A program made the translations under genes and the position numbers. 64,000 nucleotides of DNA. It comes from Marsupella aquatica (taxonomy: Eukaryota > Plantae > Marchantiophyta). A model generated the notes under the pieces. The model made no database searches and was not told the origin of the DNA. It saw only the letters and a program-made list of their open reading frames with translations. Of this stretch, positions 51,001 through 64,000 are shown piece after piece. The number at the start of each line of letters is the position of its first letter. Position 1 is the first letter of the stretch. The DNA lies in NCBI GenBank assembly GCA_973895155.1, contig OZ316897.1:11679832-11743831 (forward strand). The letters run 5' to 3'.

Positions 51001-54000
51001 TTCTGGGTCTCTCTCCAATTACGCACCTCACTCCGGCTAATTTCGCGCTGTAAAATTGCAACAAACTTTTCCAAATTCTCCCTGCATTTGCATCCGTGCA
51101 TGGAACCATGGTCAAAAGGGATGGTAAAGTTGCTTACTTTGCTTTGGCTCAACTCATGGCGTACTTCGCAAGCGAGAATTGGCGGAAATGATGAACCTCT
51201 GTCTATTGATATCTACGGGAAAGTCCTTACGAAAGATCAACTAGATACGGAGAAAAACTAGTTTTTAGTCCTTATGAAAGATCAACTAGATACGGAGTAA
51301 AACTAGTTTTTTAGTTGGGCGAACTACTGTTGTATGATTGATTTGAACTAAATTGTACAGAAGGAAAGTATTCTGAGCAGAGACTGTAAAGTGACTCCTT
51401 ATGCAGCGAATGGAGGAATGTTTGTCAGCCCCTTTGACCCACACCCATACGTGATAATGAAGCTGAATCGAATGCTAATCAACTTATGACGACTCTTATT
51501 ATGAACCGAACGCCTATTCCCGGTTCTCTACCCATTGAGAACTCTAGTGACATCTCGGCCACTTGGATTCACGTGGTAGATTGGATCGCATTTTTAGAGT
51601 TATGTGGCAAGAATGAGATACCCAGACTTCCAGACATTCTAATATAGACCGTTCCGGACGGCCAGCTGCAGAAAAAAGTATCAGCATTGGTTTAAGATTG
51701 TCTGTAAATGATAACCAAAACGGCGAGAAGACAAGCCTAGGTGGCAGCAAATAACAGACCTCTGGTGCATCACCTCACCGAAAGCGTCCAAGTGGTCTAG
51801 AGTCTCCGTGCGATGCCAATCCTTGACGTAGTTGATGTAGAGCTGCTTTATGAGCAGGGGCCACTCAGAAACATCATGCTCTTGCACCACTTGGCACAAG
51901 GCTCGTGTAAATATGTCGACATAGCTTTCTCTCTCGCGCAGCTGGTCGGCAAGTTTCTGGCTGTCCTCTTCTACCGCCGCCAATCTGGCCTTTAAATTGT
52001 CTACTATCAAAGTCTGGTGCTTCATTTCCATCACATGACTTAATTGATGTCTTTCCATCTCTCTCAGCTGGAATCGCAACTGAGCAGCCTCTCGTTCCAG
52101 CGGCTGTTCTCTCTTACGCATCTATACAGTGGACCAGTGACCTCATTGGTCAGTGCTCATAGTTCCACTGTTAAAGTGTAAGAATAAACAAGATTCCCTG
52201 TTTTTTCAGGACCCTATTGATGGAGGTTTGATTGCTGTGAAAAGCCAGGACGGAAACGAAGAGACCAGACGAAGCTCCTTGCGGTCTAATCGATTGTTCA
52301 AAGCAAAGGCACGTGCAATTTTCATTTATTTCGATCACTAAAGATTTGAATCTCCTTCAAGGACCATTCTCCAAAGCAAGATCCAGAGATACCTTTTCAA
52401 AAATCCAATCTTGTCAAAGATCTGTAAATTTGGAAGAACGATATGATATCTGCAACAACCAATGATCTCTGACATTTCAACTTCAGAACAGTGAGTCTGT
52501 GACATTCTCTACTTGGACATTCCAATGCCTACCGCAGCCCTCTAGAGTGGCCGTTGCAACTACTCGGTAGACTGTTCTCAGTGTAGACCTCCTAGACGAA
52601 GCAGCCAAGAATTACCGACCTGTTGGATCTTGAAGTCCCTCACGATAGTCTTCGTTTCTTGATCTTTTCTCTCATGAACAAGATGCTGGGTCTTTTCATC
52701 TGTGACTAGCACAACCTTCTTTAGGATTCTCTTTTCATAGTCCAGCTCCATTACGGTCTTCTTCAGTTCTGCATTCTCTGAAGTTAATTTTTCTATCAAC
52801 TCCACATGCTCACTGTGCACGGCCTGCAAATCTTTCATTTTCTTTTCTACTTGCATGACGTGTCTTTTTTCAAGTAGCAATTGTTCAAAATTTTCGTCTG
52901 CTCGATCTTTTTCTACTTTAACGTCTGCATTGAGCTTTTCAAGCGCCTTGTTTAGCTCCTCATCACTCAGAAGCAAATCTTCTTCCATTTCGATCTGCAT
53001 CATGCAAAGACAGACACAGGTTAAACCTCCCAAAATTCACCTTCTATGAACCCTCGTCTGTTTGTGGTGAGAGGGTCTGTCATCAATTGTGTCCAATGAA
53101 GACTTGTGTACAGAAATTCTGCACGAAGTTCGCACCTCTGTGACAGATAATTATTTCTCTCATCAGTAAATTTTCATACTAGAGGTCGAGGATGTTGTAA
53201 ATCTCTTAACAAACCAGTCTGAATGAAACTAATTTCTTTTCCGATCTCGAATCAAAGGCCGCAAAGAAGATGTTCCAATACCTTGTATTGTTCATTGACT
53301 TTGTTGCACTCATCTCGGACCTTTTGGATAGCCTCCTCAGCAGCAGCATCGGCACCTTCTAATTGACGCTCTAAATCAACCATTTTCTCCAGATAAATTT
53401 GTTCCTTGTCTTTCATCTCCATTTCCAAGTTCAACAGATCCTTCTGAAATTGCGTCCTTGATATATGTGATCGCTCCAGTTCTTGAGCTAGCTGAACACC
53501 GTTCACTATATTTAGAACTTTGCAAGGACAAGAATAAAGTTAGCTTCGAAATTCATAGCTGACGATGGATTGATCCCCCCCCGTGGACACGCCCTCCTCC
53601 TCTGCCATTAAGAAGCAGCCCATCCCTCTTGTGGCCCAGAGGAAGATGCAAGGTGACGTTGGTTATCCACCAAACCTTACCTTGGTTTGATAGAAGTCTT
53701 CAAGCTGCTGAACGGTACTGCGTTGTGTATCAAGCAATTCTTGAATAGCAGTCTCCTTATCACTGACTGCAAGGTGAAGGTTGTGTGACAACAATTTCAC
53801 TTGAACCTCGTACTCTTTTGCCCTTTCCACGTACCCTGCTTCCTTTTCTTTCAAATCAACTGCCCAGTCTAGGGCTGCTCGTTGAGCTCTAAAGGATGCA
53901 TCTTTCACCTCTCGTGCCATAGTCAGCTTCAGTTCCTGAATGTTGATACTCCAGGATAAGATCGGTCAGGACCTAGTTTGTCTGGCAAGATGGAAATCAA

Positions 54001-57000
54001 TTTGATGCGGCCTCTTGGCAAAGTAAAATAGAACTGAATAAGCGAACAAATTTGGACGTCCAGAACTCCCTCAATTGGGCACAGGAGGGTATTCCAGCAT
54101 GTATCACAGAGAGGGATCTCAAGCTATTGACAAGGCAAAAAGACTCAATAGCAAGTTTCGATCGAACTGCCTAATTGTCAAGGGATTAAAATGATAACAA
54201 ACCTGAAGATCACGTTTCATCTCCTCCACCTCATCTCTTTCCAACAAAATGTTCAGAGCATCAGTGCCTGTGTCTTGGAGGTATTGCATTATACCAGGAA
54301 TAGCTGGTATCACCTCCTGCGGCGCCACTGTCTCCTCTTCATTAGCATCCTCCGCTTTTGGACCCACGACCTCAAGGTCAACAGTGCTTATGAATATGGA
54401 GCCTTGCGTGGTGCATGCAAATATCAATCTACGGTCTTCGTCGAGACACAAGCCCGTAATATCACCTGCAGAGAAAATCAGTCTGCAATAGATTCACTTT
54501 CAGAACTGTTGCTAGTTAGTCCTGTTTTAATTACAACAACATTGAGATCTTTCAAGACCTCCGTTGCATCCAGATCTGTTGTCTGATACTCTTACCAAAA
54601 TAAACCTAGGTTTAGGCCAATTCCTTAGGCACAGAAAACCAATTTCAAAACTTTCTCATGTCGCCCCTTCCATAAAGTACTAAATAATATGAGCATTCTT
54701 TTCCACCTTGTTGTCTAGTGTTTCTCGGAAAGCTGTTTGAGGCATCGTTGACACTTACCAGTTGTCAGAAGAACGACCTCTTTGAGCAGATTGGGGGCAT
54801 CTCGTTGAAAAGGATATGTAAACATTCGCAGTTCTCCACCAGGTGCAGCGGTGATGAGCACTCCAGTTTTGAATAGTCCAGCCATCAGAGTGACATGTTT
54901 CTCATGACATAGCTCAAACATGCAATTGGATCTGTATTTATGCTGTACCCAGTTGCCTTCTGGATGCTCGTAAGTTCCGACTGTGCTGTCACGTCGCTTG
55001 ATATTATGACCAGAACGAGGACTACCAGGACCTTCTTTTGGACTGTCGACTTTGACTGCTGGAGGTTGATTGATCGGGTCGTCAGACGTAGGAGAGACAG
55101 AAGAACTACGTGGAGTTTGACCACTTTCTGGAGTAGGCGGAGTGGTGCATCCATCGAGGTCCTCCTTTGAGTCCTTATTGGAGGAAATCAATTTTTCTCC
55201 TAAGACCGAGAATTCTTTGCCATGGGATATCAGCTTTTTATCAGTATCTATTACCCGCACGGGTAAGCTGGCCCCACATGCAAGAATGAATGTTCGATCC
55301 TGGTCTACAAGAAGACACGAGTACACGCTGCCCTTGATAACGTACTCGAGGTAGCGGTGATAACCGTCCAAGAACCACCCATATATTGCACCGTCAAGAC
55401 CAGCTGATATTATATATACAGAGTCGGGAGACCAAGCCAGGGCAGTGACTGCTCCTGTATGGCCCTACAGAAAAAATGCAGAACGAAGTAGTCAGTGTCA
55501 CTGGGCAAATGGATTAGATAAGGATGGCCAGAGTTACAAATTGACCAGAGGCTAAAACACGAGGGACATTCTGCAAGGAACGTGGAGAGGGACCTTCAAT
55601 GTAGCCTTTATCTTCCATGTAAAGGCACATATTATAAGGATTTCTCGAGAGTTTGCTGCAGCAACCAAGTGGCCACTGGGGCTGAACTTTAGCTGCTTGA
55701 TGTTCTTCACTCCGCCAATATCTTTGCAATGTTGGAGCCTGTCCAGTATATCATGTCTCAATTCGGTCAGTTCCATTGCCCTCACCGCACTGTACTTCTA
55801 ATAGTCTCCACATTCAAAAGCCCTCTGAATTCAAGTCATTTCCTGAGCATGGAGGAAAACCCCTTCAAAAGTCCACCCTATCATTCAAGAGAACAAGTGC
55901 GTGACCTATGTGTGATATTGGAGCGAGGGTCACGACGTTATGAAACAGGTACGAAGACGGTTGCAGATGCAGTGAAGATGACTCTCACAAACAAATATCT
56001 ATGCCCACAGTACCTATCATTAAACTGCTACAGGCTTAAGGCATATATCCATTCCATCTCCACTCTTAAGTATGATATTATATCTTCTTCCTATTAGACC
56101 AGCAGCACTAAGGCAATGAGCAACTGAAATTTCGAGGATGCGAAACACCTCCGGAAAGCCACGCTAGTACAGGGAGCGAACAGATACTTCGTCCAAAAAT
56201 TCTCTATGGAAGAGTGCATGGCACACAAGTTTAGATTTATGTGTAGAGCCTACTATCATGAGTTCTGCCCTTTTCTTGAATTCGTTAATTGTAGGACACG
56301 TATAGACACATCTGAATGCTGGGCAAGAAGTTTCTTAAAAGCAAGCAGGGCTCACTTATATCCCACAATGCGGAAGATTTGGATGCGTCGAGCCATAGCA
56401 ACAAACAAGTAATGTCCCCAGGGGCTGATTGTCACGAGGAAGGGCTCCTCATCACAACTGCACACTCACCCACTTCCGATGTTAGCAAAGAAAGCTGTAA
56501 ACAATCTAAGCTGGACCACAGCATCCCTCATTTGTTGTAGTACTCTGGCTGAATACTACACTCACAACAAATGGAAGGTTTTCAGCATCTGTGCACCTAC
56601 TCTCGACTATCCAACACAATCCAAGCAAGAAAAGTAGAAACCTGTTCAACCTCTCTTCTTGGAAACCCTTCGTGGATTTTTCAATGGACCAGACTTCTCC
56701 ATTACAACATAGTTTCTGTAGGACTGACACTTTTGAAGGCAACAGGCTACTATCTGATAAGTCTGAGGAATAAATGCAATGCTTGAACTTAAACGATGGA
56801 ATCTCGGACCTTGATGCCTTTCACAAAAAGTTACAAAATAGGAAAGAATTTGTATAAATTTGAATACAGGCAGCAGAGTGCTCTCTGATAATTCTGAGGT
56901 TCACATTGAAGGTTGAGCTTTAAAGATGGAATCTCTGACCTTGATGCTCGTAACAAGGAATACAAAATAAATAAAAATTAACCAAAAACTATGTCGGCCA

Positions 57001-60000
57001 CACATTCTAATATTGCCCATATCGTTAGTAATCTTATAACTATGGCTCACTCTACTTGCCAAATGCTGGGAGAATTGTTAACCTTTAGAATACTTGCTCT
57101 TCTTGTCACTGTATGACCCACTCTACTTGCTGAAAGCTTGTACAATTCCTGATATCTAGAACATTTGCAATCTGTATCCAATGGGGTTCCATAAACTCGA
57201 GCAGCAAAGGAGGATAGACAACAGTTGATCTTATTCTGTTTGTATAAGTACCAGCGAAGAGACAGTTGATAAATATTACATGTGACAAATCTCACACAGC
57301 ATTCGTTGATAACTCCAAACCCTCAGAGCGCAGTCAGACCCACAAGTCACAAGAAGCATCCGTTGGGAGCAAATGTCTATTCCAGTTATTTTTGCCATTC
57401 TGAAGACTACCAAGTGACAGCATGTCAGTACCATTGTAGCTTATGGCTGGTCACAGGTGAGACGTAATTCATTCAAGATGAACGACGTGATTTGTCCTCT
57501 GGACCTGACTTACAAACACTATGTAAATAGATTCGTTGCTATAACCGGGAACCTCATCCACAATTCTAGCAATCAAACTAAGAGCCATAGATACCTGTGC
57601 TTGTTTAACGAACTGCTCCTTCAACCTTGGAGCAATCCTATTGGCATTCAAAATTGGTTTTTGCGAGACCCATTCTCTCCAAACAGCTGGAATTTTATTC
57701 GTAAGCACATTTTGAGAAGACTTGAGTACCTGACAGTGGAGAAATTCTTGCGGTGTTGTCAGCACCAAGGAGGGCATCTTCGTCATCACCGATACCAAGG
57801 TGGACTTTCAATATTTTATCACCCTGTCCAAGCCGATCACTTTTCATTTACACATAAGTAGGCTTGGTAACCCACGAGTGAGAGTATTCGCGCAGCCTTT
57901 CTGCTGAGAGGGAAAACTCATGCCCATAGCGCTTTGGTCTAGTTCTAGCCTCATGAAAACTGTACCCAACCAAGAAAGTACCCTCTATAGAATTGCTAAG
58001 CAATGGAATGGTCATACCTCAACGATGTATATGATCTGCTCCCCACCAGGAGGCATGACCAGCGAAGCAATGGGTGATAGTCCACTGACAAACAAAGCCA
58101 CATTCAATGAAGTGTGATGACCTAATATATGAAATGTAAATAAATGAAATACATTGAAGTAATGATAATTCAGAAATGGCCAGAAAGTGAAGGTGAAACA
58201 ATTCTCCACCTTAGGAGCACAACCGGCCTCACTTCAGTGTATGGGTCTTTTTGGTCCTTCTCCGCAACCTTGGCCTTATATAAATCAAACCCAATATATT
58301 CGACCAAACTTCCATCTAATTTCCCGGCTAGGAATCCACGATGTGTATGCATAAGGCAAAGGGTATTTCCAGCATTTGTAACCACCTGTCTAGGAAAGCA
58401 TCCAGGACTTGCGTCAAGAAACGTTTTGCTCACCTTTTCAGTTCAAGAAATTTACGGCATCCAATATGACCCACTCAACATCGCAAAGCTTAAGTGAAAC
58501 AACCAGATTACCGAACTGTGCAGCAGCATTATGCCACGAAGCAGAGAAGTACAACGTTCTAAACAGTCACATGATCTGTAGAGCCATGCTTATAACAGAA
58601 GCCTCATCTTGATACAACACCACCCCCCACCCCCATTCATGAGCACTGTCCTTCCGCATCTGAGTGGTACTAGTTTAACGTCATGCACATTATTTGTCCC
58701 ATTGTGAAAAACTTGACTAAAAAATTCTTCGGGATTGCCGTACATTGCCTCCGAGGAGCTAAAGAACATACTCATGACCATTGAAAGGTAACGAAAGCAA
58801 AGTTCTACTGTTCAATGTTGCAACCGAGGTACCTATCCCAATATGGTCCTTCTACGGCATACAAGTTGAACTGAAACATACATGTTGCAAAGCATAGTTG
58901 CGAACGATGAAAATTTTTCCATTTGCACTAGATATAGCAACACTAGTGTCAACCAACCAACAATGATCTGTATACGTCACGGTCTGGTCTTGGGTTGTCT
59001 TGTCCTTCTGATCATGTAAGCCATGAACATGAATTTCCTTCTTCAGACCTCCTTTGGTGTTCCAGAATTTGAAGTAGAAGGGACCTTCACTAGACAGCCA
59101 CATTGACATTATTCAATTTACTCCTGTGATTCAACCGGTACTTAGACAGATGCCCAGAAACCTTAAACTTCACATGCCCTAAGTTCCCCTTGATCCTGGA
59201 TTTTTCGTGGTTAAGAAGTAGGTTACACAGGTTCACTTGTGTAATCAAGTGAACCACTAGGAGGCAGTCGGCACATGAAGTAGATGAGAACGACATAATG
59301 AACCTAGTTCATGATCCTACTTTAAAAATGAGATGGATAGCTTAACGCACCACTCACAGCAAATTCTTCATCATCGAGTGGGTTGAATGATAATTTAGTT
59401 ACTTCATATGGGATTGTTGTGCTGAGAAGAACCTGGCCATCAGAAGAACGTGATATTCCTTAATAGACTAATCAAAAACTGCTGCCCTTTGCGGAGTGAT
59501 ACATACAAAAACCAGGATCTTTTGCTTAAATCCTGCTCTGTTGGTACAGAAAACCTGACAAAGCGGAATGTTGCGACGACCTTACCCTGCCATCTCTGAC
59601 ATCCCAAAAGTCAAGCTGGGATGTATGGTCAACATTACAAGCTGCTAGAAATTGCCTTTCATTGCCTGAGAATGCACAAGCTCCAAATTCTTGTGGCACA
59701 GTACAAGTAATCCGGTTCTTGTCAGTATCTTCTTCCACCGATTTATAACTTCAATGCAAACCTAATTTGCGGTCAAATGTATCCACTGAACTTGGAATCA
59801 ACAATACTGCGAATATCCCAGCCTCCGCTAACATTTAACATTTCAGAGCTATATCAGCTGCAGCACAGTTCCGGTGGTGGTGCAGTAGAGGTTTCCTCTC
59901 TCTGGTGATTTGACATCTAGAGCTTAAGGAAGCACACTGGAGAGAAATGGTCCTAATGGATTTGTATCCCAAAGATAGCTCCATGACGCCTTGCAAACCC

Positions 60001-61673
60001 TCTAAACAATGATAACAAAGTGAACCAGTTGCCAACCTCCGCGACCAGTTGCTGAGAAAGTGTTGACAGCCTCAAGCTTCGTGCCATCAATCACAGAGAC
60101 CTGCATGCCAGAACAACTCATGCTGGGCCCCAAAACGTTGATGATGACCTCAAGCCACAAAAATAGGGAAGGACACTCATAAGCAAAGAATAATGTCATT
60201 GGTCCGCTTCTTAATTTCGTGAGTCTGAATCGTTTTTAGGATGATGGCAATACGTTCATCACGTCCCCTTAGATACAAATTGTTACAAGCTGTTTGGCCC
60301 GATTCAACTCTACTAACAAGCGCTTAAACTATATGGCCACACAACACCGCATCTACCTGACAATGACCTGTCTTGAGTTTTTCACAAGCTGCAACAAGGC
60401 TTCCTCCGGATGATGCCTCCACCCAAAGCACTGCCTGCCCAAGAGCAAAGCAACACAGGAAGAACATAGTCTTTACCGAAACAACACAATAGCTCCAGAG
60501 AGAGAGTGCCTGACTAATGAAACAGTCCAGTATAAATGCACTCAGCAGGTTGGATGGGGTCAGTAAAAGGCCACCCAGAGGACATGAATTAGTCAATGGA
60601 ACTAAGATTGAAGTGTGCAAGGAACGGTTAGGAACGTCCTCGGAAAATGGTCGGCCAACGCAGCCAAAGGTAAGCAGACGGGCAAGATATAACGAGGAAC
60701 AGGGGACAGATGAACAAATTGTGAAATTCAGAGTGCACACGGACTCAAACAAGCCATGGACCAGAATGGAACAAAGTTTGTCAACAACAGACGAGCACAG
60801 GACGTAGTCCCCTCGATTCATTGCTCACTATGATCCTATTGAAAAAAGTGCGGGCAAAGCTGAGCGCGCAAATGCTCTTTCACGGTTACAGGAATTTACG
60901 CAGCTTGACAAGTCATTTAGCAAATTCATCTAAAATTGACATCTTACATGCACAGATTTAACATACGTTTACACAACTTTGGATTAGAATACGCGGCCTA
61001 TGAGAGATTCGAATTGAACTAGGAGGGCCTAAACAACTGAAAGAAGAAGAACTGACCTCCACGGCAACACTAGATGAAAAGAATTTCATCCCTTTGTCCC
61101 CGGAAATACTGCATCAAGAAAAACAAGGTCGGCATCAAGATCCCACACCCAACAACTTGAGCAGGTCCTGTAGGTCAGAAAAGACAATTTCTGTGTGTGG
61201 CAACCGGAGCTTCACCTATGGAAGACAACATTTCCGCCGAGGGCATAAACAATTACGTGAACATCCACACAAGCCACCTGTCCTCTCCGCTCGCTGAAGC
61301 CGTCGAATCCAAAAGCATATCTGCGTTTAAATTCAGGTCAGCCTGAACTGAATCATGAACGCTTTGGAAGACTTGTTTTAACCACTGCTTGTTCGATGAC
61401 GGCAAAAGGACCTAGGCGCAAGCTCGTATCCATATGTGAGCTGAAAGTTGACAACAAATGGAAGCACTCCTAGAATGAAAGAATGAGAGATGAATGGAAG
61501 ATTTAACAAAAAAATATCTGAAAGAAGACTACGTGCCACGCCTCTGACTTTGGTGACTCGAACGAGATTGAAGAAATTTACAGAGGATGAAACTTGTGTT
61601 GGATCTGCGTTAGAGGCCCAGCTACTAGAACTGGATCCAACCAACGACTCTTCCGGTGCCGGGACTTCGTCAT
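48031..61673 (-). CDS. CFAP57: Cilia- and flagella-associated protein 57 (WDR65)-like, multi-exon: N-terminal WD40 repeats, coiled-coil, long S/P/T-rich last exon (48031-50145)
   Basis: Proposed exon 1 61673-61582 joins ...HPLYAFGFDG...VIVYALGGNVVFH. WD exons (LKFSPSGHLVAAA, GHTGAVTALAW) and coiled-coil exons (KREQPLEREAAQLRFQLREME, LIKQLYINYV, QRENLEKFVAILQ, MRQNLDMLHEYN) follow the CFAP57 pattern. Not all internal exons were resolved. Confidence 0.75.
48232..48420 (-). repeat. Three 63-bp coding repeats (21 aa: xVSGASNSRRASTVPSPSPTR)
   Basis: Seen in both DNA and translation. Confidence 0.95.
51222..51312. repeat. 45-bp intronic tandem duplication
   Basis: agtcctta(c/t)gaaagatcaactagatacggag(a/t)aaaactagttttt, twice. 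Confidence 0.9.
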
Positions 61674-62068
61674 AGTCGCTACACGACTCGGAACCTTGGA
61701 ACCCTACGAGAATTCCCCTGCTATAAACCTTCAAGACCTAATGAACGAATCGCAATTCAGCGCCAGAATCCCTGAAATTTCAGGAAAACTTGAGTTCATT
61801 AGTCCTCAAAGCTTTGTAGCGAGGGAATTTCTCGGCACACATATCTCCCGTGCTGCTGCGCAACAACTGTAAAATTCAGGGGCCGAATAAATCCTCCAAA
61901 CAATCAATCAGCATGCGACGCAGACGGAATTTTCTCGGTATACATTGTGCTATGAAATGCAACTGCAAAAGTCAAGGGCCGAATTCCTCCTCGTACAAAC
62001 AATCAGTCACCAATCCGACGAATCAAGTCGATCTCTCACATGTACAAATAGGAATGTCGCGTGAATCT

Positions 62069-62070
<2 letters not shown>

Positions 62071-62108
<38 letters not shown>
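62071..62108. repeat. (TC)19 microsatellite upstream of the CFAP57-like gene
   Basis: Flanked by the direct repeat atgtc(g/a)cgtgaatctgttc. Confidence 0.95.
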
Positions 62109-62112
<4 letters not shown>

Positions 62113-62296
62113 TCACGTGAATCTGTTCCTTTTTGTCAGTACGCTATTCGAGGTGAAGGGCTCTGCCTTACAAGAACAAGTTCTTGTTCCATCACCCCAC
62201 CATAGTGACCACCATTTTAGCAGCATGTACGAAATATTAATATTCATTTTTATGGTCAGGCTATACATATATCACTAGCCCAATACATGTGGACAG

Positions 62297-62720
62297 AGGA
62301 TGTCAAGGTGAGTAAAATATGTTGAGATGAAGAAATATGTCAAGGTGAGGAAAATATGTTGAGATGAAGAAATATGTCAAGGAGAAATAAAAATATTGAG
62401 AAGAGAAAAATGCAAGGCAAGAAAAAGATGTTGACACATGATAAAGATGTCAAGGTCAGGCAAGGATGTCAAGGTGAGGCCATAAAATACAGGTTTCACA
62501 AAGCTAATTGTTGAGACATGTTGTGAATCATTGGGGGCATACAGTCAATGTCCCCATGTTGAGACAAGGCAACAATATTGAGGCAAGTTTAGATGTTGCA
62601 ATGATGCAAAGATGTTGTGGTGAGGCAAGAAATGCAAGGGAGCCAAGTAAATGCATGCAAGGCAAACAAATCTAGGCAAGACAAGAAATGAAAGTGAGAC
62701 AAAAAAAAAAGGTTTTGAGA
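62297..62720. repeat. Degenerate tandem repeat (gatgtcaaggtgag / aaatatgttgagatga)
   Basis: Two near-identical 38-bp units followed by diverged copies. Confidence 0.6.
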
Positions 62721-64000
62721 CATCTATGGCATTATTGCAACCATGTTGTCATTATGATGATGCAGTTGTTCAGGTCAAGAGGTAGTTGCGGCTATGCAGT
62801 CATTGTGGTCATGTTGTTGTTGCCAAGTCCAATGCTAGAGCATTGCACTAAAACATTGAGATAAAAAGTGCAAGTGAGGCTGCAAAGAAGTGTTAGTGTT
62901 TGGTTGTGTTTGCGTATGATTGTGAAGGTCTCATCATTTTGGTTGAGTGGTTCTTGTTGCCAAAACCTTGTCACTTTGGTCAATTACTTTGTTGCTACAA
63001 ACATGATGTTGGCCAAGGAGGGTGAGCACATGAGTGGGGGAGAGGAGCACAAGATGGCGACAGCAATGGGCATTGGTAGGTCTAGATGCAAGTCCACGCT
63101 TGATCTTGCAATGCTACTGGAGGGATAATTGTTTTCTTTGTTCCCCACACCCTTTCACTCCCTTCCTCCCCCCAGCCTTGTTGTCACCACCCTCTTCTTC
63201 TACTCATTGCACGCACATTGGGACCTCAACGAGGGCAAGTCGGGGAGGGAGGAGGCATGGATGGCGAGCCAAGGTGTACAGGGCGCGTAGGGAGGGCGGG
63301 GAGCAGGGCACAAAAGGGGTTTTGGGGTAGATCAAACTATCTGAAAAAAATGGATTTCACTAAGCGGCCATAATCCATTCTTGCCCATTTCATTGTGAAA
63401 ATTGTTGTCATTGCAAACTCAAGATTATTCACTTGAATAGCACATAAAATTATGTAATCAATTAATGCACTTCAAGTCAACACAAAAGTATGGGATAGAA
63501 GACATGGATAGTGAGAATCGGGGAAAGAGTTGGGTAAGGTTAGTCAATCCAAGAGTGCACAAAGTCTTGAAATGACTCTGACGACATAGGTTTGTTCACT
63601 CTTTCCAAGTTTATAAGTAAACAACCAAACTAGCTTTTTGGCGGGATTACATATTATAGTAGTTGATATCATACTACCAGACAACAAAAGGTGCCCAACC
63701 ACAAGACAGATGCTATAGTGGTCAACCTTAATATATAGTAACGGTCTAGACATTATCTACCCTAATCTCACATACAATTCAATTATCTATTTGGCTTGTT
63801 CTCTCTCTTCATTTTGTCATGACATAGGGCTTGGGTGAGAGCCAATGTGAACCCTTAGATTTTGTTGCATTTTTCTCCACCACTCGATTGTCTAAAATGA
63901 CCCGTGATGCCTCACCTCTCACATCCAAACAGACTCCCATGAGCTTGTGACGCTGTCACTTCTGCATGGCCCTGCCCTTGAATGGCAAATTGTGAGTGAC

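Noticed and set aside
63340-64000. Possible decayed transposase at the window end
   Set aside because: No diagnostic motif was found in any frame.

Overview
Eukaryotic nuclear DNA from a land plant with flagellated sperm, most likely a bryophyte. This is inferred from plant-type TFIP11, V-ATPase a and F-box genes alongside an axonemal CFAP57-like gene. Positions 1-14 kb are a transposon cluster: a putative CACTA/CMC-type end carrying an FCP1-like phosphatase + CCCH zinc-finger exon is inserted in the gag of a Ty3/gypsy element (2.3-kb LTR, tRNA-Arg-type PBS), which itself sits in a tRNA-Met-primed LTR element; next to these lies a complete but decayed Bianca-type Ty1/copia element (TG..TA LTRs, TACTG target-site duplication). 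Positions 15-62 kb are gene space: an SDR relic and an intact SDR, intronless TFIP11/STIP, a small conserved membrane protein, a 10-exon F-box/LRR gene, an 18-exon V-ATPase subunit a gene and a multi-exon CFAP57/WDR65-like gene. Four observations stand out: two unrelated neighbouring genes share a duplicated ~550-bp 5' leader module; the CFAP57-like protein has a 704-aa tail with 13 RRxS (PKA-consensus) motifs; the phosphatase-CCCH exon appears to be transposon cargo; and a 105-nt near-perfect hairpin lies upstream of VHA-a. Exon coordinates and identities were read by eye, and no database searches were run.
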